This document shows positions 13,417 to 25,385 of a stretch of 64,000 nucleotides of DNA, in pieces (the stretch's first letter is position 1; each line of letters begins with the position of its first letter). Origin of the DNA: Lama glama (taxonomy: Eukaryota); assembly GCA_028534125.1 (NCBI GenBank), contig CM052816.1:87112001-87176000 (forward strand), given 5' to 3'. The translations under genes and the position numbers were made by a program. The notes under the pieces were generated by a model. That model was given only the letters and a program-made list of their open reading frames with translations, made no database searches and was not told where the DNA came from.

Positions 13417-14017
13417 CTGTGTTGCTTTCTCTTGCTGTATAACAAGTTGCAATATACTGAACGATTTTAGTGGCGTAAAAATCCTCCGTTGATCTTGTCT
13501 CAGTTCTCTCATTTGGAAATCTGAGTAGGTTTGACTGGGTCCTCAGTTTAAGGTCTCACAAGCCTAAAGCAATGTGTCAGCTAGGCCATGTTCTTTCTGG
13601 AGGCTCTGAGTAAGAATCAGCTTCCAAACTCATTCAGGTGGTTGGCAAAATGAGGTTCTGTGAGGTTTAGGACTGAGGCCCCCATTTCCTCATTGGAGAT
13701 CAGTAATGGCCCTCCTCAGCTTCGAGAGATAACCCATATTCACTGACCCTCTCTGTCTTCAAATCCAGCAAGGGTGCCTGGAAACTCTCTTGTGCTTCCA
13801 ATTTTTCTGACACTGTCTTTTGCCATCAGCGGGGGAAAATACTGTTTTTAAGGCTCAGATTATTACAATGGGCCCACCCAGGAAATCTGCCTATTTTATG
13901 ACTAGCTATGCCATATAATATAAAAACACAATCACGGGAGTAATATCACAGTCACAGGTTCTGGAGATCAGGATATAAAATCTTTGAGTAGCCAATTTAG
14001 AAATTTGACCTACCACA
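13417..14017 (-). mobile_element. MaLR LTR (MLT1D/E-like)
   Basis: ggtctcacaagcctaaagc...ctggaggctctgagtaagaatcagcttccaaactcattcaggtggttggcaaaat...tttgacctaccaca. Confidence 0.75.
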
Positions 14018-14344
14018 CTAATCCACTGTGTTTTCTGATTTTCAAAGATTCTTCCTAATACTGATTTACCAGCAGAAGTCATTCATGTTTTTTAACATTG
14101 AAATGAATACATTTTTGGCAAAACTATATGTATGTGTATCTATCTATTTATTGATCAATCAGCAGATATATGGATTTACTCACTTACTCAAAAATTGTAT
14201 TAAGTCTTCATTATCAAAGGGTCCAAGGATATAAGGGTCAAGAAGACAGATGGAGCTTTGTATGTTTGTTTGTTTGTTTGTTTTCATGGATCTTCCTTTC
14301 TATGGTGATGGGCATATAGTACACAAATTGGTAAGTGCAAAAAT

Positions 14345-14826
14345 ACTTTATCTGCCTCTTCTTCACCCCATTAGTGTGGGAGGGATTACCACCATATGTT
14401 TATGGGATGGCCAAACACTGAGAAGCACAGCAGCTTGTTAGTCACAGATACAACCACATGATACCACATGCCACATATGAACAAACAAGGAGGTTGTGTT
14501 CAGGAACAGAGTGAACAATAAGGGATCGTGGCAGGCTGGACTGGTCCTAAAATGAGGGCGGGGTGCCCCCTGGCTTCTACAGGAGGATGTGATTGTCTTG
14601 TTTGAATAATGCTGCAGGCTGGTGGGGAAGTAAAACCCACTATTCCAGCTTCAGCAGAAACAGGGTCTAGTTTTCTAGACAAGGGGTGTTGTTTGACTGG
14701 GGGACCTTGTCCTTGAAAGTAGAATGAGGAGAGAAATTTGCAGTTAGGTCATTCAAAGCCCTCCTGGTTTTATGGATGTCCAAGCAGCACATAATACTGA
14801 ACCTTAATTTCATGCTTTACACCACA
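14345..14826 (-). mobile_element. MER54-like ERVL LTR
   Basis: ggaggatgtgattgtcttgtttgaataat and terminal gcagcacataatactgaaccttaatttcatgctttacaccaca match the recalled MER54 reverse complement. Confidence 0.7.
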
Positions 14827-14894
14827 ACAATTCCTGGTAAAATTCTTAGCTAGTTAAAATCACTAGATGGGATGCTAATCCACTGGGAGGTTCT

Positions 14895-15255
14895 AAGAGA
14901 TAGGATGGTGAGGGAAGGCTTTATTTTAGAGATGACATTTAAGCTGAGATCTAAATGATAAGGAGGGAAGATAGTGATATGAAAGTCAAGTCAGGGAAGA
15001 CATGTTTTAAGGAGGGAGTAGATCTAGAGTGGAGGCCCTAAGAAGAAATAGATGTCTCTTGATAAATGCATAGGAAGAATTTCAGTGAGACTGTATTGTC
15101 ATGGTGACTGAGGGAGTGAGGAAGGGTGAACTAAAGAAGTAAACAATTTTTAGGTTCATGCAGGAATTTTTAAACCAAGGCAAGGAGCCATTGGCTTGTG
15201 ATTCTGCGCATGTTTGGAAATTATTGGAAGGTTTTAAACAAAGGAGTGATATCTA
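14895..15255 (-). mobile_element. L2 LINE fragment
   Basis: gagatgacatttaagctgagatctaaatga ... attggaaggttttaaacaaaggagtgata, typical antisense L2a. Confidence 0.7.
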
Positions 15256-17479
15256 GATAATATTTGAATTAGAAGTGGCTGAGAAGGGCCAGGAACAGTA
15301 GAGAAGGGGCTTATCAAGTCTAACAAAGGGCTCTCTCACCTTTAGCCAGGAAGGGGCTAGCAGAGCAAAATGTGTTCCACCTGTCATGGGGACAGACACT
15401 TTAACCGACTTCTTTACGCATTCAAACTTGAAATATAACTTAGTATCATTTGTATCATATGCTCAGTAACAAAAGGAAAAAAAGAAAATTATTATATTGG
15501 CTGAAGTGGGGATACCAATAGCCAATAACTTTAAAATTCATAGAAATGTAATTTACAATACTGAAAAATTAGATACTTTTTAATACTTCAATCCATTTTT
15601 AATGGGTAGGATCTTTATGTTTTTAATAGTTTTTGTCATGACATTTTGTTGTAACCTCCCAAAATTTTAGAAGATATATACAAAATAATTAAAACATACA
15701 TACACATGAACACACAAAACAATACAGTTAATATTCAGCTATTATTTCACAATTCCCCCTGCTCTTTTTACAGGCTATTTTAAGTAATTATCTTCTAAAT
15801 ACTGCATCTTCTCTGCTCTGATTCTAATAGGCTACTTAAGAATTGCATTTATAAAGTAGTATAATACCAATTTAAGGCCACTGGTCTCTGTTTTCTTTAA
15901 AAAAAGCAATAAATATAATCACACTAATTTGATGATGGATTTTTTAAAAAGTGCAAGAGTAAATCAACTTTATTGAAAAGTTACTGAAAGCTACATAAGT
16001 GTCAAGTAATTGAAGCCACATTTGAAAAGCTATTTGAAATTCTTGCCACCTTAGTATAAGAAGAATATTATGAAAATTGAAGAAGCCCAGGAAATAGCAA
16101 TCTGCTTGAAAATATTACCTCTTCAAAATGTTGAGGAAATTATGTTTGTAGTCCTAGTAATAGAAAATTATGTGAATACCTCAGTGAATGTGGCAGAATG
16201 GCAAGAAGAATAATCAATTAAAGTTTGTGAATACAACTTTGGAAGAATACAGAGGGTATTATAAAAGTTTAAATTCAGGGCTTAAGACAACTGCCTCACA
16301 CTTTTCTTGTGCACAGGGGTCTTTAAGGATCCTGTTTTTAAATGCAGCAGAAGAAAATGGATTCTTCAGAGATTCTGATTTATATGCTCTTGAATGGGGT
16401 CCAATAATCCTGATTATAAAAATTACATGTCTCAGACAAACAGTAGAGGTTTCTGATCAACCACTTCCAGAGCTAGTAGGAAGGTTAAAGGTCAGAACAC
16501 GCTAGAAGAGAACATCATGGACCACTTCTGGTAAACACTGACCTAAGACATTCAAAGAAAACATCTTTATATTAACTCTGCTCAAATGCAAACAAAATTA
16601 ATATAACATTTCCAGAACCTCACTAGTAAAAGTAAAAATCTACTAATGATTATATTATTGGCCATGAATAAATATAATTTCATGTTATTTGTGATAATAT
16701 GAAAAGTATAAAGATTGATAGGTTATTAAATTTTTTGTTCTGGAAAATAAAGGAAATGGAATCATTCTGTTTTAAATGATTGAAAATTGAAGTTGGAGAG
16801 AGAGGATGGTAAGTCTTATACATGAATTATGAATTGACTATTAAAGAACTAACAGTTCAGTGGATAGAAGGTAGAAGATATGGAAGTCTTGGGAGAAAAA
16901 GAGATAAAGAGAGATTAGAATTGTGATGCACACACAGAGAAACACTCATTTCCAAGGGAACTAAGAACCACTCGGTGGCAAAAAAGGATGAAATGAAGAT
17001 AAAATCCTCAGCTACACATTCACCACAGCTGCATGCTGCAGACTTCATTTGGAGGCTATCTGTTTAATAATACATTTTAAAACTTCCTGTAGCTTTCATC
17101 GTGAAATTATTGAAATTGCTGCTGTTGTTGTTTGTTGCGGCTGGTGGTGATCGTGGGTGTAATTGTATTATGGTTATATTATCTTTTTGACCAAAGTATC
17201 TGGAGGAAAGTACATTATCCTGCTTAGAATTGTACTTTTCTGGAAAAGATCCCATCCTCAGTTATAGTCTTTTCCTATAACATGTTATCTATATGTAGAT
17301 TTACACATTTTTCTTTATCTATTAATAAATTATTCAACTTACCTGACAAAATTATGTAACACTGATCACCCAGCATAACTTTACTGAAATGCAGCTCTCA
17401 CCATACTTGCTACTAATTGTTGAACAACACAGTGTAGAGACAGAGTGAGGTCCTTGTCTTCTTCCCAGTGTCTTTCACC

Positions 17480-17954
17480 TCTCACGGGACTCAGAACTGA
17501 GAACTCCTCTCAATGCCATCAGAACAGTATGGTTCTCGTGAGTGTTTTAATACGGCTAATTTATACAAGCTTATCCACACACAGTGTTTCAACTTGATAC
17601 AAACAGTACCCAAATGGATCAATTTGCTTTATCTCATTATTATGTTTTATGTGTTCATGTTCATAGAAAGAACCTTGGTTTACTCCTTTGAATGGCTTTA
17701 TATTTTCTTTGTATAAAAAAAATCACAACATACTTTTCAATTCTGTAGGTGATGAATTTTAAGTTGTTCTCATGTTTTGGTTATTGCGGAAATTGATATA
17801 TGGACATTTTGTGCATCAGAAATATCCAAAAATTTGGACACAAGTTCATCTTTACTAAATGTTGATGATAGGCTATTAGAATTGTACACATTTATGCTTC
17901 TATGAGTATGTGACAGTTCATGATGCTACAGGCTTGCAAAAATGTTCTTTTGTC
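17480..17954 (-). mobile_element. Old L1ME-like fragment, host of the young L1; continues at ~19682-19960
   Basis: Decayed antisense L1 phrases on both sides of the young insertion (…ttttgtctgacttttaagtttt | tgtgtatctaatgtggaatgatatctcatt…). Confidence 0.55.
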
Positions 17955-17970
17955 TGACTTTTAAGTTTTT

Positions 17971-19665
17971 TTTAACATTTTTTTATTGAGTTATAGTCAT
18001 TTTACAATGTTGTGTCAAATTCCAGTGTAAAGCACAATTTTTCAGTTATACTTAAACATATATATATTCATGGTCACTTTTTCTTCACTGTGAGCTACCA
18101 TAAGATCTTCTATATATTTCCCTGTGCTATATACAGTATAAATTTGTTTATTCTACATTTCAAAATCCCAGTCTGTCCCTTCCCACCCCACCACCCACTT
18201 GGCAACCACAAGTTTGTATACTATGTCTATGAGTCTGTTTTTGTTTTGTATTTATATTTTGTTTTGTTTGTTTGTTTGTTTGTTTTAGATTCCACATATG
18301 AGCGATCTCATATGGTATTTTTCTTTCTCCTTCTGGTTGACTTCACTTAAAATGACATTCTCCAGGTCCATCCATGTTGCTGCAAATGGCATTATGTTGT
18401 CAGTTTTTATGGCTGAATAGTATTCCATTGTATAAATATACCACTTTTTCTTTATCCAATCATCTGTTGATGGACATTTAGGCTGTTTCCATGTCTTGGC
18501 TATTGTAAATAGTGCTGCTATGAACATTGGGGTGCAGGTGTCATTTTGAAGTAAGGTTCCTTCTGGACATATACCCAGAAGCTGGATTCCTAGGTCATAT
18601 GGTAAGTCTATTTTTAGTCTTTTGAGGAATCTCCATACTGTTTTCCACAGTGGCTGCACCAAACTGCATTCCCACCAGCAGTGTAGGAGGCTTCCCTTTT
18701 CTCCACAGCCTCTCCAGCATTTGTCATTTGTGGACTTTTGAATGATGGCCTGTCTGACTGGTGTGAGGTGTTACCTCATTATAGTTTTGATTTGCATTTC
18801 TCTGATAATTAGTGATATTGAGCATTTTTTCAAGGTTGTTGTTTTGTTTTACTTATGGTTTCCTTTGCTGTGCAGAAGCTTGTAAGTTTAATTAGGTCCC
18901 ATTTGTTTATTCTTACTTTTATTTCTATTGCTTGGGTAGACTGACCTAGGAGAACATTTTTGAGATGTATGTCAGATAATGTTTTGCCTATATGTTCTTC
19001 TAGGAGGTTTATTGTATCTAGTCTTATGTTTAAGTCTTTGATCCATTTTGAGTTGATTTTTGTGTATGGTATAAGGGAGCGTTCTAGCATCATTGATTTA
19101 CATGCTGCTGTCCAGTTTCCCAACACCATTTGCTGAAGAGACTGTCTTTATTCCATTGTATATTCTTGCCTCCTTTGTCGAAGATTAGTTGACTAAAAGT
19201 TTGTGGGTTCATTTCAAGTGCACGTGGAACATTTTCTAGGATTCATCATGTACTTGGGCACAAAGAAGCCTCAACAATTTAAGAAGATAGAAATTATCTC
19301 AAGCATCTTTACTGACCACAATGCCATGAAACTAGAAATCAACTACAGAGAAACAAAGGAGAAAAAAAGGAAAGCATGGAGATTAAACAACACTCTATTA
19401 AAAAACTGATGGGTCAATGATGGAATCAAAGTTGAAATTAAAAAAAGCCTTGAGACAAATGAAAAAGAAAACACAACCACACAAAACTTTTGGGACGCAG
19501 CAAAGGCAGTGCTAAGAGGGAAGTTTATAGTGATACGGGCCTTATTCAAGAAAGAACAATCTCAAACAAACAATCTAACCCACCAGCTAAAAGAATTAGA
19601 AAAAGAAGAGCAAAAAAACCCAAAAGGCAGCAGAAGGAAGGAAATAATAAAGATCAGGGAGGAAA
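17971..19665 (-). mobile_element. Young lineage-specific L1 (camelid-like), 5'-truncated with 5' inversion
   Basis: Poly-T tail at the left. Minus-strand ORF2 C-terminal peptides (18285-18662, 18830-19129). Plus-strand ORF2 endonuclease/linker peptides (~19216-19665). Exact 16-bp TSD tgacttttaagttttt at 17955-17970 and 19666-19681. Confidence 0.95.
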
Positions 19666-21570
19666 TGACTTTTAAGTTTTTGTGTATCTAATGTGGAATG
19701 ATATCTCATTATTAAGGTTGACATTTTGCCGCTTACTGATGAAATTGAGGATTTATTTACGTGTTTATTAGACATTCAAGTTTCTTTTCACATTCCTTTC
19801 CCTTTTTTTTATTAAATAGTTTTTACTTTTCTAATCAATTTAAATGATCAGTCATAATTTAATCAAATTTGAAAGCTCAGCTTTTGTTCGTCAGATGTGT
19901 TAAAAATATCTGTTTAACCTTATGCGGATCTGTTTTCTATGATTATCATGTCAAGTTCAGAACTAAGTTCAGGACTATCTCTCATTGCTCCCCTAGGGGC
20001 CTCACCATCACTGGACTGAAAAGTGAAGTGCCACATCTTTGGCAGCTGCAACAAAAATGCATGGAGTAAAAATTCAAAATATATAGAAATATTTTTAATA
20101 AAATGAAACTACGTAAGGAAGATATAAGTGTAATGTTTTTTTGTTATATTAATTCCTGAAGTATAAAATTATTTTGGCACCAAAGAAGACTTAGTATGCA
20201 GTTTCAGGAATTTTTTTAAATTCGTGTTGAAATAAGTCTCCAAATTTAATCATCTGTTGAGTATTTGCTGAGTCTGTCCATTGTCCCTTTCTCAGTGCTA
20301 GTCATTAAGGATGTGCCAAGCTACCTATCCCCTGCCCTAATGAAGCTAGGAGTCTGAGGGATAGCCTAGTAAATAGTGTAAGAGTTAGGTATCAATTATT
20401 AATCTCAAAAGTATATAAATATAACTTGAAGGGTCTATACAGACATACAGGTGACATGATGTCTACTTGTTTATATCCACCATGCATTCAAGGCAGTCAT
20501 TAAATTTAAATGTTACTCAAATATAAAGAAATAAATTATAGAAAAGTGATGCAAACTTCCCCTTTTAAAGCATGTGGGTCTTTGTGAGAAATAATCAATT
20601 ATATATATTTTTCTATGGTGTTCTCTGAGTTGAATCACAATAACAGAAGAAGAGAAGCTTAAAAAGTAAAATATTTTACATAAAAAGTGCAATGTACAAC
20701 ATTAAAATATCATAGCAAATAAGATTTTATTTTCTTAAAATTGTATTCCTTCTTTTAATTAGTTGAAAATGTTCTGCATGTATAGATATACTAGACCTAT
20801 TCTATCAGTCTGCAAAAAAATTTTCCAATTTTTTTTCTTTTTCTAGTAGTGGACATGTCAATTTTATTTTATATTGTCAGTCTTCTGATGAGAGCTTTTA
20901 CACTTTTATTTGACGTTCAGAGAAATTACATCTACATGATATTATTACACTATAATTTTCTCCAGATGTCCCTATAAGCTATGAAAAGTATAATGAGATA
21001 ATTCACTCGAAGAAAATCCATATCTTCCTAATTTTGGATATTTTATTTATTATTTTATATGCTTGGGCTGCCTGCTTAGACCTTCAGCATTTTATCTGAA
21101 ATTCAGTAAATCAAATCTAGCTGATAAAATAGACATTTCTGTGTTAAGGAAAGGAAAATTTTATAGTAGAGTGCAGGTTTCTGCAGATGCTCATCCAGAT
21201 GAAGCATATTGAGGTAGAAGCCAGGATTCTTCCATTCATTCCGTCAGTGAATATTTAACAAACACCTATTGTGAATCACATATTGAACTAATTTTTTGAA
21301 TATATTTATTTCAAATATTTATACAATTTTTATGCAATGTATATGTAAATTAAATACACACATACGTATGTTCAGAGGTTGTTCTGAAGAAGCATGTATT
21401 AATGAGCAAGAAAGACAATAAAACAGCTGTGATAAAGCGGTACATGGTCTTAATAGAGGATGAAATGCCACACTGCTTGAGTAGATTGCATTATAGTACC
21501 TAGACTGTGGAACCCTGGTGTGATTCCCCAAGAAAGTAATGGTGAATCAGGTGTAAATGTGAGTTTGCAC

Positions 21571-21995
21571 TGTATGATAGTTTTGTTTACTGTCCCAAGT
21601 CTTCACTCTCTTTTTCTGAAATAACACTGCACATCTTCACCCTTGCCCATGGGACTTTAAAGAGTCTCCAGAAGACAGTGCGGACCTTAAAGCCACACCA
21701 CATTGGTGAGAGCCGTGTGATTACTGTAGCCAATAATAAGCTGTTGGAGGACATGACATAAGCCTCTGCTTACGATGTGCTTTTTGTAGCTTCAATTTTG
21801 TGCTTTAGCTTTGCTCTTAGCTTTCTACCATCTACCTTGAAAAGAGCATAACCCGGGTTGCTGTGAATCCCAGAATGAGTGACTTGGTTGGCACGTCTTA
21901 ATCTTGTATGTACCCATAAGTAAGAAAAATAAGTGCCTGTTGTTGTAAGCCCTTGAAATTTGAGGTTTCTTGTGAAGCATTATCATAGTCAAAAT
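21571..21995 (+). mobile_element. MaLR LTR (MLT1H/I-like)
   Basis: gtgtgattactgtagccaata ... aaataagtgcctgttgttgtaagcccttgaaatttgaggtt, sense MLT1 3' end. Confidence 0.7.
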
Positions 21996-22356
21996 CTTTT
22001 AAAAAAAAGTATCAACTATAACATCAATGTCAGATAATTCTAGAGTGAGAAAATTCTGGAATAAGCAATGTCAGGGGGAAAACTGAACATTGTAAAGGGT
22101 AGAGAAAGAAAAAGAAATCCAGATAATGAAATTTCAAAGTCTACCATGAAATATAAAAAAAAAGTTGTTAATAACCTAGGTTATTATTTTATCTTAGTTG
22201 ATTATTCATTTAACCTTTTGAAGATTCACTCTTGACTTATTAAAGGTAAAATGAAATTAGAATGTTTCTACATTGAAGACAATGTAAGGATCTTAGGATT
22301 CTCAGAATGATTTGTGTCCAATTATTTCCTCAAACCTTTAGTTTTTTTTTAATCAA

Positions 22357-22360
<4 letters not shown>

Positions 22361-22416
<56 letters not shown>
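22361..22416. repeat. Compound microsatellite (TC)17(TA)11
   Basis: Read directly from sequence. Confidence 0.95.
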
Positions 22417-22425
<9 letters not shown>

Positions 22426-22599
22426 TTAATGAATTATATGCATAAATATTATATAAAAAGCTCCATGAGACAAGATTATTTCTATTGTCAAATTTCATTT
22501 GATCCACCCTCATATTTATTGTAATAAATTTCTCCTCTATCCCCATGGTTCTGTCTCTGTTTCCAATGCCAGAAAATATTCTTGTGGCATTTCTTTTAA

Positions 22600-23340
22600 T
22601 CACAACCTTACACAGATGACTTCTCCCAATTTTTGTCTTTACTTTGTTTTCATTTATGAATGATATTTTCACAGGTATTGAATTCTAGGTCAGCATTTCA
22701 AAAATGTCAGTCCATTGTCTGCTGCCTTCTATTGTTTCTTTGGGGGAGTCTTCTTTGAAGGCAATATGCCTTTTTTTTCTGGCTTCTTTTATATTGTTTT
22801 CCAGCTGCCTTTATGATTTTCCTCTTTGTCTTTGTTTTTGGCAGTTTTGCTATGTATTTCTGTTTGGGTTTTTTTTTCTCCCTTTTGGATTTCTTTCAGC
22901 TATTTTCTTGCTGCATGCTTGATTATTTTTGTCTAAGACCCAGAAGTTATGTATGAAACACTGCATGACAATTTAAAACTCTAATTATTTTTTTCTCCAA
23001 AAATGTTTGCTTCAAGAGTCGATTAAGCAGTGGTGGATAACCTGAACTGAGAATAATCTGACCTGAAGCTGATTTCACTAAGTGAGTGTTGGCTTATTTC
23101 CTGTTCAGAGTCCCAACTGTCATTTTGGTGTGTAACCCAGGACCCTCCTCCCGAATGGGCCTTGAACTCCAATTTGTATCCTTTCATTAACCCTATGCAA
23201 CTGTCTTAGACTCTGGTAAGTTTGTCAGTCTCTCAGCTTAAGGTTACTGTTTATTTTCTCAGCTTCCCATTCTCCTCAGAGCAAATCCTTGAATGGGAAG
23301 TGGTGCCAGGAGACTGCCTCTCATTCCCTTCCTTCTGGAA
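22600..23340 (-). mobile_element. Old L1M/HAL1 ORF1 and 5' region remnant
   Basis: gatattttcacaggtattgaattctagg ... tccattgtctgctgccttctattgtttct, antisense L1 ORF1 phrases. Confidence 0.55.
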
Positions 23341-24319
23341 GAGTGGATCTGTAGGACTTCAGGGGCAGAGAAGCACTCTGATAAGTTCAGAATGAAGTCT
23401 AACAGTGCATGCTGTTTTTTGCTTATTCCTGCTTAGAGGTCTGTCCCATTGCTGCAGGTGGAACTCACTTCCTTTAGCTTTGGCCATGTGAAACAATGAA
23501 TTCAAAATGTAAATAATTATAATATGGAGGTAATAGACACAAGATTTCTATATTTCATTATAGAAATGTACATCATACAATATTAAGGAAAACACTTTCA
23601 TTTCCATAAACATTAAAATCTCAATGTAATAAATGATTTACAGTGTGTTTTCACATAAGCTGAATTTAAAATTCTGGAATACACAATAGATACTTAGCAA
23701 ATGCCTATTGAAATAATATAATTTTTAACTGAAAGCATACTAGATCCATACTTGAATAAACTAATTTCATAGTCATTTATTTCCAGACCATCCCTTAATG
23801 CCAAGCATCTGTTCAGTAAATAAATTTATCACAAAAATATAGGTTAAATATAAAACTGGCACAAACCAGGGGCTTAATATTTATTAATGAAATTTATGTT
23901 TATTGGTTAAATGCAGTCTCCCCTATTAAACTTCTTTCATTTTAGTCTCATGTCTTATTCTCAATTTATAGATTTAAGCTTAGTTTCTATTTTATAGTTT
24001 TGTCTATAGTAAATGCTTAATAACTATTAATTAAAGGAATTTGAAGACAATTTAAATGAAAACAATAAGGTTGTTTTCTACGGTATGTTATATCAGCAGA
24101 ATATTTTGGCTTTAAGTAACAGAAAATATGATTTCCTAAAATAAAATATTGGAATGAGAGAGAACTGAAAAACCTCCAAAGAATATAGATATACATTATT
24201 ATACAACCTTTCAGACAGGACATAAAAACTGTCAATAATATAGATAAATATGATTAGATCTTAATAAAAATGTTCTGAGAAGTAGTACACCCACAATCAA
24301 TCTGTTCTAGAGGTCACAT

Positions 24320-24525
24320 AGTGTAACTGGAATCCTGAACACACGATTTATCAGATATGTGAACACTGGAATGCTACTTAATGTTTAAGCCTTATTTTTC
24401 TCATCTGTAAAATGGTAACAGTAATAAAACCTACACAGTAGAGTTGTATGAAGAATTACATGAAATGTTTTTAAGCTGCATAATGGCTGGCATATAGTAA
24501 GAGAATATTGAATTCTGTAGCTAAG
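24320..24525 (+). mobile_element. MIR SINE
   Basis: Core tttttctcatctgtaaaatggtaacagtaataaaacctac...agttgtatgaagaattacatga. Confidence 0.75.
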
Positions 24526-24685
24526 TTGAATATTTTATTAAATATTTAATTTAATTATCATATAATTCAAATTAATTATTTAATATTTAAATATACTCAA
24601 ATTAGTATTCATTACTAGTGTTGGTTAACTCACCAGTATTGACAGTTGCTCTGGTCACTGAATGAGGCCAGTGAACTCTTTTCTA

Positions 24686-25385
24686 TTTTTTTATTTCTAT
24701 TTCTTTAAATTTTATTGAGTTATAGTCAGTTTACAATGTTGTGTCAATTTCTGGTGTGCAGCACAATTTTTCAGTCATACATGAATATACATATATTCAT
24801 TTTCATTTTCTTTTTCACCGTGAGCTACTACAAGATCTTGTATACATTTCCCTGTGCCATACAGTATAAACTTGTTTATCAATTCTGTATATACCTGTCA
24901 GTATCCACAAATCTCGAACTGCCAGACTGTCCCTTCCCACCACTCTCCCCCCTGGCAACCACAAGTTTGTATTCTATGTCTGTGAGTCTGTTTGTTTTAT
25001 ATTTAAGTTCATTTGTCTTCTTTTTTTGAAAATTCCATATATGAGCAATCTCATATGGTATTTTTCTTTCTCTCTCTGGCTTACTTCACTTAGAATGACA
25101 TTCTCCAGGAGCATCCATGTTGCTGCAAATGGCGTTATGTTGTCAGTTTTTATGGCTGAGTAGTATTCCATTATATAAATATACCACAACTTCTTTATCC
25201 AGTCATCTGGGATGGACATTTAGGTTGTTTCCATGTCTTGGCTATTGTAAATAGTGCTGCTATGAACATTGGGGTGCTGGTCTCTTTTTGAGTTAGGGTT
25301 CCTTCTGGATATATGTCCAAGAGTGGGATTCCTGGGTCATATGGTAAGTCTATTTTTAGTCTTTTGAGGAATCTCCATACTATTT
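24686..25385 (-). mobile_element. Young lineage-specific L1, 5'-truncated (700 bp)
   Basis: T-rich tail; ORF2 C-terminus (24974-25219, ...YHMRLLIYGI). Exact 14-bp TSD tgaactcttttcta at 24672-24685 and 25386-25399. Same family as the L1 at 17971. Confidence 0.95.

Noticed and set aside
18285..19691. ORFs with clear protein similarity
   Set aside because: They are fragments of a truncated, rearranged L1 ORF2, not host genes.
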